Below are positions 9,394 through 18,297 of a stretch of 27,235 nt of DNA, in pieces. Location of the stretch: contig JBFWOZ010000041.1 of assembly GCA_050250255.1 (NCBI GenBank), positions 1-27,235 of the forward strand. Direction: 5' to 3'. The DNA is from Bdellovibrionales bacterium. Lineage in GTDB: Bacteria; Bdellovibrionota; Bdellovibrionia; Bdellovibrionales; DASUEL01. The translations under genes were made by a program, and so were the position numbers. The stretch's first letter is position 1; every line of letters begins with the position of its first letter. A model generated the notes under the pieces. It was given only the letters and a program-made list of their open reading frames with translations. It made no database searches and had not been told where the DNA came from.

Positions 9394-11214
9394 CTATTCG
9401 TTCGTGAGTTCGGTCCATCGCGCGTAGAGACGATCAATTTCTTTTTGTGCCAGGGCCATTTGCTCAGTTAACTCCGTTAATTTTTTTGAGCCAAAAGCAT
9501 TTTCTGGTAAGGCGGCTTGCTCTTGTAAAAGCTGAAGCTTTTCTTCCGCTTTTGAAATGTTCGCTTCCATGTTATCGAGATCGCGCTGATCTTTGTAACT
9601 CAACTTTTTCTTTTTCACTGAGGCACCTGATCCTGCCGCTGACGAAGCTTGATTTCTCTCCATCTTTCGAAGCTGATCTTTTAAAATTTTCTGTTCTGCA
9701 TCCCAGTCTTCCCACTGCTCGAGGCCCACCATACTGGTAAGCGTCTTCTGACCTTTTTCATCGATTCCAAAAGCCAAAATTTTATTAGTGATTTGATCGA
9801 GAAAAAACCGGTCATGCGTCACTAAAAGAATCGCTCCGTTAAACTCCTCCAACACCCCCGCAAGAGCGTCCAGAGTTGCCATATCTAAATCATTTGTTGG
9901 TTCATCGAGCACAAGGAGATTGGCTTCTTGTAACATGAGGCGAGCGAGGAGGAGCCGGCTCTGTTCTCCCCCAGAAAGCTTTCTTACTTCAAGATCCATT
10001 TGATCATAGGCAAACATAAAGCGAGTCAGATAACTTTTCACGTGCACATCTGTGCCCGCGTAACTCACCTTATCTCCGGTCGGACAAATCGTTTTTAAAA
10101 CGCTAATATTAGGATCTAATGTTTCACGATTTTGCTCGAAGTAAGAAACTTTTAGTTTTTCCGCATGAAAAACCTGACCCATGTCAGGAGTCTCCTGTTT
10201 TGTGAGAAGCTTGATTAGTGTAGATTTGCCGCAGCCATTAGGACCCATCAGTCCGATTCGACTCTTTGGAGAAATAATGAGATCTAATGTGGGAACAATG
10301 ACTTTTCCCTCGTAGGACTTCTGTATACCCTTGGCTTCAATCAATTTTTTGGGAGCCTTCTCTGTCGAGAGAAAATCTAAACGTACAGTTTCACTGCGAT
10401 TTCTTTTTTCCAACTCACCAACGGTACCTTGTAGCTCTTGAGCACTTTCAATGCGAGCACGCTGCTTGGTCTGCCTTGCTTTTGCCCCCCGTCTGAGCCA
10501 TTCCGTCTCTCGACGAAGGGTGTTTTTGAGTTTTGTTTCGAGTTGCTCCTGAGCCGCCATCAAATCTTGTTTTACATCTAAAAAGGTTGCGTAATCGCCA
10601 CTCACACTCAAAAGCCCGCTGGCATGGCGGCGGTCTACTTCAATAATACGATTGGAAATTTTCTGCAAAAACAAACGATCATGCGTAATTGTAAGTGTGG
10701 CAAATCGTGCTTGCGACAAAAGTTTTTCAAGCCACAAAATACTTTCAACATCGAGATGATTTGTTGGCTCATCCAGTAAAAGTAAATCTGGATTTCTCAA
10801 AAGCTCACGAGAGAGTGCCACTCGCTTTTTCCATCCCCCTGACAGTTGAGACACGGGTGTGTCCTCAGGAAATTGGGACAAATCGAGTTTCGCCATCAGT
10901 TCTTGAGCTCGCGCGATTTCACTCCACTCATCAGGATCGGTAGAGCCCTCGAGCACTGTAGAATAAATTGTAGCCTCTTTGGAAAAGTGAGGTACCTGCT
11001 CTAAAAAACCAACACGCAAGCCTTTTTGTAGAGAGAGGCGTCCAGAGTCTGGAGAAATATGACCCGCAAGAATTTTTAAAAGTGTCGATTTCCCAGCGCC
11101 ATTAGGTCCAATAAGACCGATTCTTTCACCAGCTTCAATAGAAAAAGAGAGGCCCGAAAATAGAGGACGAGAGCCAAAGGATTTACTCAACTGTTGCGCG
11201 CCAATAAGTATCAT
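9394..11214 (-). CDS. uup: ABC-F family ATPase, Uup-like
   Basis: Two ABC cassettes (GPNGAGKST, LSGGW, LLDEPTNHLD; GPNGCGKST, LSGGE, LDEPTNDLD), linker EWLRRGAKARQTKQRAR, C-terminal KKLSYKDQR...LYARW. Likely start ATG 11214. Confidence 0.9.
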   Translation of the reverse strand: MILIGAQQLSKSFGSRPLFSGLSFSIEAGERIGLIGPNGAGKSTLLKILAGHISPDSGRLSLQKGLRVGFLEQVPHFSKEATIYSTVLEGSTDPDEWSEIARAQELMAKLDLSQFPEDTPVSQLSGGWKKRVALSRELLRNPDLLLLDEPTNHLDVESILWLEKLLSQARFATLTITHDRLFLQKISNRIIEVDRRHASGLLSVSGDYATFLDVKQDLMAAQEQLETKLKNTLRRETEWLRRGAKARQTKQRARIESAQELQGTVGELEKRNRSETVRLDFLSTEKAPKKLIEAKGIQKSYEGKVIVPTLDLIISPKSRIGLMGPNGCGKSTLIKLLTKQETPDMGQVFHAEKLKVSYFEQNRETLDPNISVLKTICPTGDKVSYAGTDVHVKSYLTRFMFAYDQMDLEVRKLSGGEQSRLLLARLMLQEANLLVLDEPTNDLDMATLDALAGVLEEFNGAILLVTHDRFFLDQITNKILAFGIDEKGQKTLTSMVGLEQWEDWDAEQKILKDQLRKMERNQASSAAGSGASVKKKKLSYKDQRDLDNMEANISKAEEKLQLLQEQAALPENAFGSKKLTELTEQMALAQKEIDRLYARWTELTNE

Positions 11215-11274
11215 GATGTACACATACATCAAATTCTTTGCATTTGGAACCTAGCTGTACGATATTCTTAGGAT

Positions 11275-11598
11275 ATGATTAGCACGCATATTTTAGACAC
11301 AAGTCAGGGTTTACCAGCCTCTGGAGTCACCGTTCTCTTGGAGAAAAAATCGGGTGCCTCATGGTCTCAAATTGCTGAAGAAAAAACGAATGACGATGGC
11401 CGCATTGTTTTCAATTGTCCCAAAGAAGTAGCGGTTTACCGCCTCACGTTTCAAATTGAAGCTTATTTTAAAAAGCAAAAGATCGTTCCATTTTTCATGG
11501 ACGCTCCCGTCGTATTTCATATTACCAATACAGAGAGAAAGTACCACATTCCTCTGCTCTTAAATCCGTATGGGTATAGTACATACCGAGGCAGCTAG
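11275..11598 (+). CDS. uraH: 5-hydroxyisourate hydrolase (transthyretin-like)
   Basis: ISTHILDTSQGLPA, TNDDGR, HIPLLLNPYGYSTYRGS with the diagnostic C-terminal YRGS. No signal peptide. Confidence 0.96.
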   Translation: MISTHILDTSQGLPASGVTVLLEKKSGASWSQIAEEKTNDDGRIVFNCPKEVAVYRLTFQIEAYFKKQKIVPFFMDAPVVFHITNTERKYHIPLLLNPYGYSTYRGS

Positions 11599-11600
11599 CC

Positions 11601-14600
11601 ATGTCTCAAAAAACAAAACCTTTTTTTGATATTGAATATTATCACGACTACATTTCTCCTTCTTTAGCCGAACACCTTTTAAGCCAATCAAAAAAAAATA
11701 GCCAGGTGCCTGATCTTTCTGAGATCGGTACGGGTGGGGGGCTTGAAACCCCAGAGGCCCTTCAGTTTTTGGTTCAGCTTTATGAGGCTATTCAAGAAGA
11801 TTTAAAATCAGCTCTCGAGCAGCGCGTGATAGACCGAAAATTTATCGATGAGCGTGTGTTTGCCTGCAGTGAATTTAACACCAAACTCAATCGCGAAATC
11901 ACTGATGAGAATCATCAAACCATACTTGGCCTAGAAGACGCAAAAGGCCGCATCGTCATAGGGCCAAAAAACCAAAACTACTGTCAAAGCGGTGGTCAAC
12001 CCGTAGCGCCGATTCCTTCTTTTCTACAGGGACCACATGTGACTCTGTTTGGACCACCTGATAGCGCAAAGATGGCCGTGAACGCCATGAACTCTTACCA
12101 CCGCAAACTAAAAAACGAGCCCCAGATTGTTGAAACGCTTCTCCGCTCTCAAAAAAGCGTTCCTAAATGGGGTGCCGATGATGAAGACTCCAAAACACCT
12201 TTGCGCGCAGACCTCGTGGATGCCGCTGTTAATTTAACGGCATGTTTTGAAAAGACTCTACGGCTCGAAGAGGGTGCAAAAAAATATGAACTCGCGGAAG
12301 ATCATTTGGCCTTACCCATCAAACGATTTCCCGGCCTAGCGCTTCCCTGTACGTTTCTTTTTTATAAAAAAAATCCTATTCCGCTTCATCTCTATGATTT
12401 TGCTCTTCATCTTTTCCGAAACTGGAAGAACCCTGAAGCTCTGGTGTTTTATGTTCCAAAACTCGAAAACGAAGAAGAGGCGAAGTACATCCATAAAATG
12501 ATTTCTGTGGCTGAGGGTTTAGTTAAAAAGAACAATCCTTCCTACCAGCTTGGAACAGTTCGCCTCATGATTGTTCTGGAAAATCCTCGTGCGATTTTAA
12601 GAACTCACGAAATCATGGATGCGCTATATCCCTATTTCGTTGGCGCCTCACTCGGTTGGCATGACTACCTCGCCTCGACCGCAAGACTCTTTAAAGAAGA
12701 TCGTCATTACCGCATACCCGTAAAAGCAGATCCTGACATCGTGATTAAATACATTAAGGCTTCTCATCTTCTACTTGCAGATGTGGTCGGCTCACGTGGT
12801 GGAATCAAAGTCGGTGGCATGTATGGCATACTTCCTCTCGACAACGAGTTGGAATCTGCTTCTTTTCAGCTCACGTTAAAAGGTTTTTTCAAAGACGTTC
12901 TTGTACAAATGAAAAGAAACCTCACGGGATTTTGGGTTGCCCATCCTGATTTTGTAAGAATTGGTCTCGCGATAGTTGAAGGTTGGAGACTTCATAAAAA
13001 TGGTGATTCAGAACCGCTTTTTCAACTCGTAAAGGGTTTTTTAAATTCTCATTATCAAAAAGAAGTCATTGAATACATTCAAGCCTCTGATATCGAAGGC
13101 CTTACTAAAGAGAATGTGAATTACGTTCGTTCTCTCATTGTTGCTGATATTAAAGAGTCTGATTTTATCGCCAACAATCATCCCGATGAAATCCGCTATA
13201 ATGTTTTTCAGTCACTTCAGTATCTGACGGATTGGCTCAGTGGAAATGGTTGTGTCGCACTTCCCGCCACCATCAATGGGATATCGGTTCGAGTGATGGA
13301 CGATTTAGCGACCGCAGAACGTTCACGGTGGGAAGTGTGGCATGAAATCTATCATGGCCGTTTTTCTGTCGAAGATTTTATTCGTATTGCCCATGAGGAA
13401 ATGACCTTCATTCGTAGAGACCTTTCCCATGAACAAAAGATTGTTCAGGTGAAGTGGAATGAGCAAACCTCAAAGTGGTATCCCATTGCATTTAAACTCA
13501 TGCTGCAGTTAATGACCAATCCTAAGCCGGTCGAATTTGCGACGGAACTTCTCATGCCTTTTACCGTAGAGTCTGTTCGTAACTCTCAAGATCCATGGGC
13601 CGCGTTACAAAAAATGGAAGAGTCAAAGTATGAGCTACCAGAATATGTTGAACGTCTGAACTATTTTTTTGAAATTTGTGGTTCTCTTAAGTTTGCAAAA
13701 CCGATGGCATTGGCTACGGCTCTAGATCCTAATATGGCACAAAAAATCATCTCGAGCTTTAGAGTCGAAGATATTGTTGATGCTGCCTCCTTCCACGGCA
13801 ACATTGGAGAAAATAAAAAATCTCTTGATCACGTGGCCTCCAAAGAACAAGGGCTTGTTTTAAAAGAAAGTGAAGCCGTTAAAAATGAACTTTTGAATTT
13901 AGGAAATAGCTACTTATCAAAATTTGGATTCAAGTTTTTGATTTCTGCTAAGGGAAAGAGCGCCGAAGAGATTCGCACTCAACTCATAAAAAGATTAGGT
14001 GGTTCTCTCGAGCAGGAAATAAAAAATGCTCAACATGCGCTCTGGGAAATTTCTCAAAAACGTTTAACTGAAAAGCCTCTCAACCAGCTCATCGAAAAAA
14101 TAGAGAGGCTTAGAAAAAAATATGACGTGTGCGGCGCGAATGTGGCCATTAATTTTATGGATCATATTCAAGCCTTGTCCTTCGGTGAGCGCGCTAAAGG
14201 TCAACCCAATGACATCCATACGCATTATGAGCTAGCCTCTCTCAGCAAACCACTCTCTGCAGCTTTTGCTCTCGAATTTTTTAAAAGAAAAAATATTTCT
14301 ATCAATACGCCAGTCAATCAGCTGTTTTCCCAAACGAAATCCTCATTCAAACTCACTTCAAAACAAAATCCAAGTTGGGCAGACAGCGTAACAATCGAAC
14401 ATCTTTTGAGTCACTCGGCTCTTAATATGCATTATGTAAATGGATTTGCGAGCGAACCTCCTCCAACCATTGATATTTTAAAACATCCGGAGCAGTACGG
14501 TTATGAGCCTATTGATGTCATTCACTCTCCTGGCCAAGTATTCAGTTATTCTGGAGGGGGTTTTCTTGTTTTGGAGCATTTGATTCAAGCTCTAGAAGGT

Positions 14601-16295
14601 AAGGCGCTTCAACAATCAACATTACAATTTCTAGCATCAATGGGGCTGCTGCAGACAAACTTCTATCCTGAAAAACTCGAGGATTCTCCTTTAGCTACGG
14701 GTTATTTTGATTCCGGAGAAGCTGTTAAAGACCGCGCACTTTTGTTTCCCGCGTTTGCGGCTGGGGCCATCGGTACCGCTCAAAATATGTCTGCCTTTTT
14801 AAATATTCTGACAGAGGCTTACCAAAACGTAAAAGGCTCCCTTGGACTTTCTCACGATACCGCACGCTTAATGCTCAAAGGGACGGATAAGGGCTGCAGA
14901 GAGTTCATGGGTTGTGATATGGGGCTTGGTATTTTCGTTACCAATGCCGGAAAAAACAAATGGGCTCTTCATCAAGGCGCCAACGAAGGTTTCCGATGTC
15001 TCTTTTTACAATGTTTTGACGGGCCTGATCTTGGAAAGGGTTTTACCCTACTTTGTAATGCCGATAATCGTGGCGTACTCTTCATTGCGGAAGCTGCGCA
15101 AGAAATTTTAAAAACTCTTCAAGTACAAGGAATAAGAGAAGAGGCGTTTAAGGTTGATTTTGATTACCAAAATTTGCCGCAAGCACAAATTGTAAACCTC
15201 GGCTACAAAGAACTTCTACTAAGTGCCTTTGAACCGCTTCTGCCTGAGAAAATCATTGTCAAAGGGCCAAAAGATCCTCTTGCTGCCTATAATAAAATTC
15301 TTGGTGCTCAAATTATTTTTGCAAGTGACCAAAAGTTCGCGCGAGCCGAAAATTTAATGAGCGATCATTTTCCTATTTTTGACCCCGAGCTTTTTGGTTG
15401 GCAGGGAAAAATTATGGATAGCTGGGAATCTGTAAGACATAATTATGCAGACTACGACAGACTTCATTTGCGTCTTGCTAAGCCAACTCAAATTCATTAC
15501 GTCAGCTTCTCTACAAAATATCACGATGGGAATCAGCCTCAATTTGTGGGCCTCTCCGCTCTTAAAGAAAAAGAGGAGAAGTGGGTTGAACTCGTCAAGA
15601 AGACATCCATGGCAGGACACGCACTCCTCCAAATGCAGCTTCCAAAAAGCGACAGCGTGTATTCTGAAATCAAAGTGGATATGTACCCAGATGGAGGATT
15701 AAGCCGCCTGGGCATCTACGAACAACTGCCCACTGAAGTCCTCGCGCAATTTCAATCGACAGAGACTGCGAAAAGTATTCGGTTCTCCGATGTCATTCCA
15801 AAAACGTTAAAACCTCTGACTATTTCTTATTCTCCAACATCCGAGGAAATCACAGAGAATTATCGTCGCGTAAAGTTTGATATCGATTACGCGAGCCTTG
15901 CCTTTGGTGGCTCTGTTGTATCCGCAACAAATGAACACTATGGGCCTGCTGCTCAGGTGATTTCTCCTTTCCCACCTATCAATATGTTTGATGGGCTAGA
16001 GTCTGCTCGAAGCCGAACTCGTGGTCATAATGAAGAAGTCGTCGTGAAGTTAGGGAAAGAAATTAAAATTGAGCGTATTGTTTTAGATTTTCAATTTTTT
16101 GTGAACAACAATCCCCTTCAAGTCAGTATCGAGGCTTTACAAAACGGAAAGTGGAAAGAAATTGTTAAAAAGACAACCGTAAAAGCATTTGCCGCAAACA
16201 AAAAAGAATTTTTAATCCACGACTCTGAAAAGTCGGAACAAATAAAAGTACGCATTTATCCGGATGGTGGGATTAACCGCATTCACGTCTATTGA
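11601..16295 (+). CDS. Four-domain purine-catabolism fusion: malate synthase + OHCU decarboxylase (UraD) + beta-lactamase-family serine hydrolase + allantoicase
   Basis: aa ~45-655 malate synthase A motifs (ADDEDS, FYVPKLE, GWHDY, GGM, WVAHP, WLSGNGCV, MDDLATAE). aa ~685-822 UraD motifs (CGS, HGNIG, SKEQ, YLSKFGFKFLISAKGKS, EISQKRL). aa ~826-1175 S880-L-S-K883, LLSHS, Y983SG, H1124QG. aa ~1230-1564 two allantoicase repeats (GKIMDSWESVRHN, YPDGGLSRL, DGLESARSR, YPDGGINRI). One uninterrupted ORF starting 2 nt after uraH. Confidence 0.88.
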   Translation: MSQKTKPFFDIEYYHDYISPSLAEHLLSQSKKNSQVPDLSEIGTGGGLETPEALQFLVQLYEAIQEDLKSALEQRVIDRKFIDERVFACSEFNTKLNREITDENHQTILGLEDAKGRIVIGPKNQNYCQSGGQPVAPIPSFLQGPHVTLFGPPDSAKMAVNAMNSYHRKLKNEPQIVETLLRSQKSVPKWGADDEDSKTPLRADLVDAAVNLTACFEKTLRLEEGAKKYELAEDHLALPIKRFPGLALPCTFLFYKKNPIPLHLYDFALHLFRNWKNPEALVFYVPKLENEEEAKYIHKMISVAEGLVKKNNPSYQLGTVRLMIVLENPRAILRTHEIMDALYPYFVGASLGWHDYLASTARLFKEDRHYRIPVKADPDIVIKYIKASHLLLADVVGSRGGIKVGGMYGILPLDNELESASFQLTLKGFFKDVLVQMKRNLTGFWVAHPDFVRIGLAIVEGWRLHKNGDSEPLFQLVKGFLNSHYQKEVIEYIQASDIEGLTKENVNYVRSLIVADIKESDFIANNHPDEIRYNVFQSLQYLTDWLSGNGCVALPATINGISVRVMDDLATAERSRWEVWHEIYHGRFSVEDFIRIAHEEMTFIRRDLSHEQKIVQVKWNEQTSKWYPIAFKLMLQLMTNPKPVEFATELLMPFTVESVRNSQDPWAALQKMEESKYELPEYVERLNYFFEICGSLKFAKPMALATALDPNMAQKIISSFRVEDIVDAASFHGNIGENKKSLDHVASKEQGLVLKESEAVKNELLNLGNSYLSKFGFKFLISAKGKSAEEIRTQLIKRLGGSLEQEIKNAQHALWEISQKRLTEKPLNQLIEKIERLRKKYDVCGANVAINFMDHIQALSFGERAKGQPNDIHTHYELASLSKPLSAAFALEFFKRKNISINTPVNQLFSQTKSSFKLTSKQNPSWADSVTIEHLLSHSALNMHYVNGFASEPPPTIDILKHPEQYGYEPIDVIHSPGQVFSYSGGGFLVLEHLIQALEGKALQQSTLQFLASMGLLQTNFYPEKLEDSPLATGYFDSGEAVKDRALLFPAFAAGAIGTAQNMSAFLNILTEAYQNVKGSLGLSHDTARLMLKGTDKGCREFMGCDMGLGIFVTNAGKNKWALHQGANEGFRCLFLQCFDGPDLGKGFTLLCNADNRGVLFIAEAAQEILKTLQVQGIREEAFKVDFDYQNLPQAQIVNLGYKELLLSAFEPLLPEKIIVKGPKDPLAAYNKILGAQIIFASDQKFARAENLMSDHFPIFDPELFGWQGKIMDSWESVRHNYADYDRLHLRLAKPTQIHYVSFSTKYHDGNQPQFVGLSALKEKEEKWVELVKKTSMAGHALLQMQLPKSDSVYSEIKVDMYPDGGLSRLGIYEQLPTEVLAQFQSTETAKSIRFSDVIPKTLKPLTISYSPTSEEITENYRRVKFDIDYASLAFGGSVVSATNEHYGPAAQVISPFPPINMFDGLESARSRTRGHNEEVVVKLGKEIKIERIVLDFQFFVNNNPLQVSIEALQNGKWKEIVKKTTVKAFAANKKEFLIHDSEKSEQIKVRIYPDGGINRIHVY

Positions 16296-17467
16296 AATTT
16301 AAATTCTTGATTGAGCCACTGGTGAAAACGCGCACGCTCTTCATCAGTCATCTGAGTTTTGTTTCCGAGGGGCATTATTTTTCCCACTACAACTTGCTGA
16401 TAGATTTTGTCTGCCACAGAGCGAACTTGTTGTTCTGTTTCCAGCACGACACTCTTGGGAGTGACTTTAAAGATATCATCGGTTGGATGCTGACTATGAC
16501 AGCTCAAGCAGCGCGTTTCAATAATAGGTCGGATTTGTTCAAACGTTATTGAAGCTGCACTGGTCTTTGAAAGAGCTGGGGCCCCCGTCATCCATACGAG
16601 GGCTGCAAGCCCCATGGCCGCTGGAAATAAAACCCAACGCTCTACTGGATTTTTCGTCACCATAGCATGCCGTGTGCACGCACCCGAAATGGTCAAAAGA
16701 ATAAGCAGAAGCCAGTTATGTGTATGATTATAAATACTCGGGTAATGGTTGCTCAGCATGATGAACAGTACTGGAAAAGTAAAATAGGTGTTATGTACAG
16801 AACGTGTTTTTGATTTTAAGCTCACCGAATAATCAGGCACCTGTCCTGCTTGCGCCTCTTTAATCATTTTAGACTGGCCGGGCAAAATTCTTACCCAGAC
16901 ATTTAAAAGCATCATGCTACCAAAAATAGCCCCTACTTGAATGAAGGCCCCACGTCCACTGAAGAGGGAGGTGTTGAGAAAAATCATTCCTGCGAAAAAG
17001 AAAATGGAAAGCACCACACTCACAGCTTTTGATTTCATGAACCTTTCGTTCCAGATGAAATCGTACATAAGCCAAGAGCCTGCAATGATCGCCAAGCTCA
17101 GTGCGACGGCTTGGCCTTGAGTCCACGGGTGTACCTGATGGTCGATCAGAAGGCTGGCCCCTCGCAAGTAATATAGAAAAATGAGAAGAAGAAAGCCCGT
17201 GACCCAAGTCAGCGTGGCTTCCCACTTAAACCAATGCAGAATCTTTGGAAGTTCACCGGGATAGATTTTTCTCTTTTCTACTTGGTAATAAAATCCGCCG
17301 TGAACCATATAAAGTTCACCTTCCACATTTTTTCTTGGTTTTTCAGGGGGTAAAAAGCTGCTATCGAGCCAAATGAAATAAAAAGAACTGCCGATCCAAG
17401 CGATACCGGCGACTAAATGGGAAAAGCGAAGAAGATATTCGATCCACAGATCTACGCTTGTTCCCAC
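16289..17467 (-). CDS. puuD: Membrane urate hydroxylase with C-terminal cytochrome c (PuuD)
   Basis: HLVAGIAWIGSSFYFIWLD, VHGGFY, LHWFKWEA, FSGRGAF, RSVHNTYFTFPVLFIMLSNHY, heme motif CLSCH and distal MPLGNKTQMTDEER. GTG start with GGAGGT. Stop overlaps the fusion gene stop by 7 bp. Confidence 0.93.
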   Translation of the reverse strand: MGTSVDLWIEYLLRFSHLVAGIAWIGSSFYFIWLDSSFLPPEKPRKNVEGELYMVHGGFYYQVEKRKIYPGELPKILHWFKWEATLTWVTGFLLLIFLYYLRGASLLIDHQVHPWTQGQAVALSLAIIAGSWLMYDFIWNERFMKSKAVSVVLSIFFFAGMIFLNTSLFSGRGAFIQVGAIFGSMMLLNVWVRILPGQSKMIKEAQAGQVPDYSVSLKSKTRSVHNTYFTFPVLFIMLSNHYPSIYNHTHNWLLLILLTISGACTRHAMVTKNPVERWVLFPAAMGLAALVWMTGAPALSKTSAASITFEQIRPIIETRCLSCHSQHPTDDIFKVTPKSVVLETEQQVRSVADKIYQQVVVGKIMPLGNKTQMTDEERARFHQWLNQEFKFQ

Positions 17468-17476
17468 TTTACCTCC

Positions 17477-17604
17477 GGACCAATTGAAAATGTACCATCT
17501 GCGTCGTTACAATCACGAAAATTTCCTTACGACGTGCATAGAGCACGTCTTCAGGGAAATTTTCGCTTGTACGCCTCGCATCTGGCAACATTTTCAATTG
17601 CTCC
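17477..17604. repeat. Long imperfect palindrome filling the intergenic region upstream of puuD
   Basis: Nested pairs CAATTGAAAATGT 17481-17493 / ACATTTTCAATTG 17588-17600, CGAAAATTTCC 17516-17526 / GGAAATTTTCG 17555-17565, and GACGTGC 17531-17537 / GCACGTC 17543-17549. Confidence 0.85.
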
Positions 17605-17606
17605 AC

Positions 17607-18071
17607 TTAGCCGTCTTGCTTAGCGGGAGCGGCGCCTTTATTCGCAGTATTCGCTTTACGTGCTGCTTTTTTAGCTGCTTCTTCTTCAGGAGAAAGTCCC
17701 CACGGAGATTCTTTTGGTCCGCGTTTACCGCCACCACGCTTGCCTTTTCCATCACTCGCTTCTTTAGGCTTCGCGCTCGCAAGAACGATAAATTCAGGCA
17801 CGTAGTAAAGTTCGTCGACCTTTACGGCTTTTCCACCAGCTGTTTCACCTTCACCAGGCTTCATTACAAGAACACGCTTGAGGTTTTCTGCATTGTTACC
17901 AGCAACATCGATGGCGTTTACGAAATAAATGAGTTTTTCGCCTTCATACTTGAAAGTTTCGCCCAGACTCGCCTGGATTTCTTCGGGAGTTTTACCTTCC
18001 GCAGCAAGAGCTGCTTTAGTAGAAACTGCTTTCGTTAGAATGTAATTTGCGAACTCTGTAACCGCTTTCAT
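17607..18071 (-). CDS. Hypothetical protein with Lys/Gly/Ala-rich basic C-terminal tail
   Basis: ATG with GAGGA RBS, protein-like composition, and the only sensible ORF in the interval. Confidence 0.8.
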   Translation of the reverse strand: MKAVTEFANYILTKAVSTKAALAAEGKTPEEIQASLGETFKYEGEKLIYFVNAIDVAGNNAENLKRVLVMKPGEGETAGGKAVKVDELYYVPEFIVLASAKPKEASDGKGKRGGGKRGPKESPWGLSPEEEAAKKAARKANTANKGAAPAKQDG

Positions 18072-18297
18072 GGGTTTATCCTCTCAAATTTAAGATAAGA
18101 AATAATGAAGGGGTATATTGAATAAAAAAGCCCCAGTGGTCAATGCCAGATATCTCTGAAAAGCCCTAAAAACAGGCCTCGACGTCAGCCCCTTAAGCTC
18201 CAATAGCTTGCATTTCACCCTCAGACCAAGATCTGGATGACAATATCCACTGGAGTGTTTTTAGGAGCTAGGTTCTAATAGAAGTAGGAGCCGAACT

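Noticed and set aside
14080..15125. Antibiotic-resistance beta-lactamase
   Set aside because: Internal domain of a cytoplasmic metabolic fusion with no signal peptide. YSG and HQG motifs are typical of non-resistance serine hydrolases.
17484..18038. 184-aa + strand ORF
   Set aside because: Antisense shadow of the 17607-18071 gene, with an odd Phe/Arg-rich composition, starting within the palindrome.
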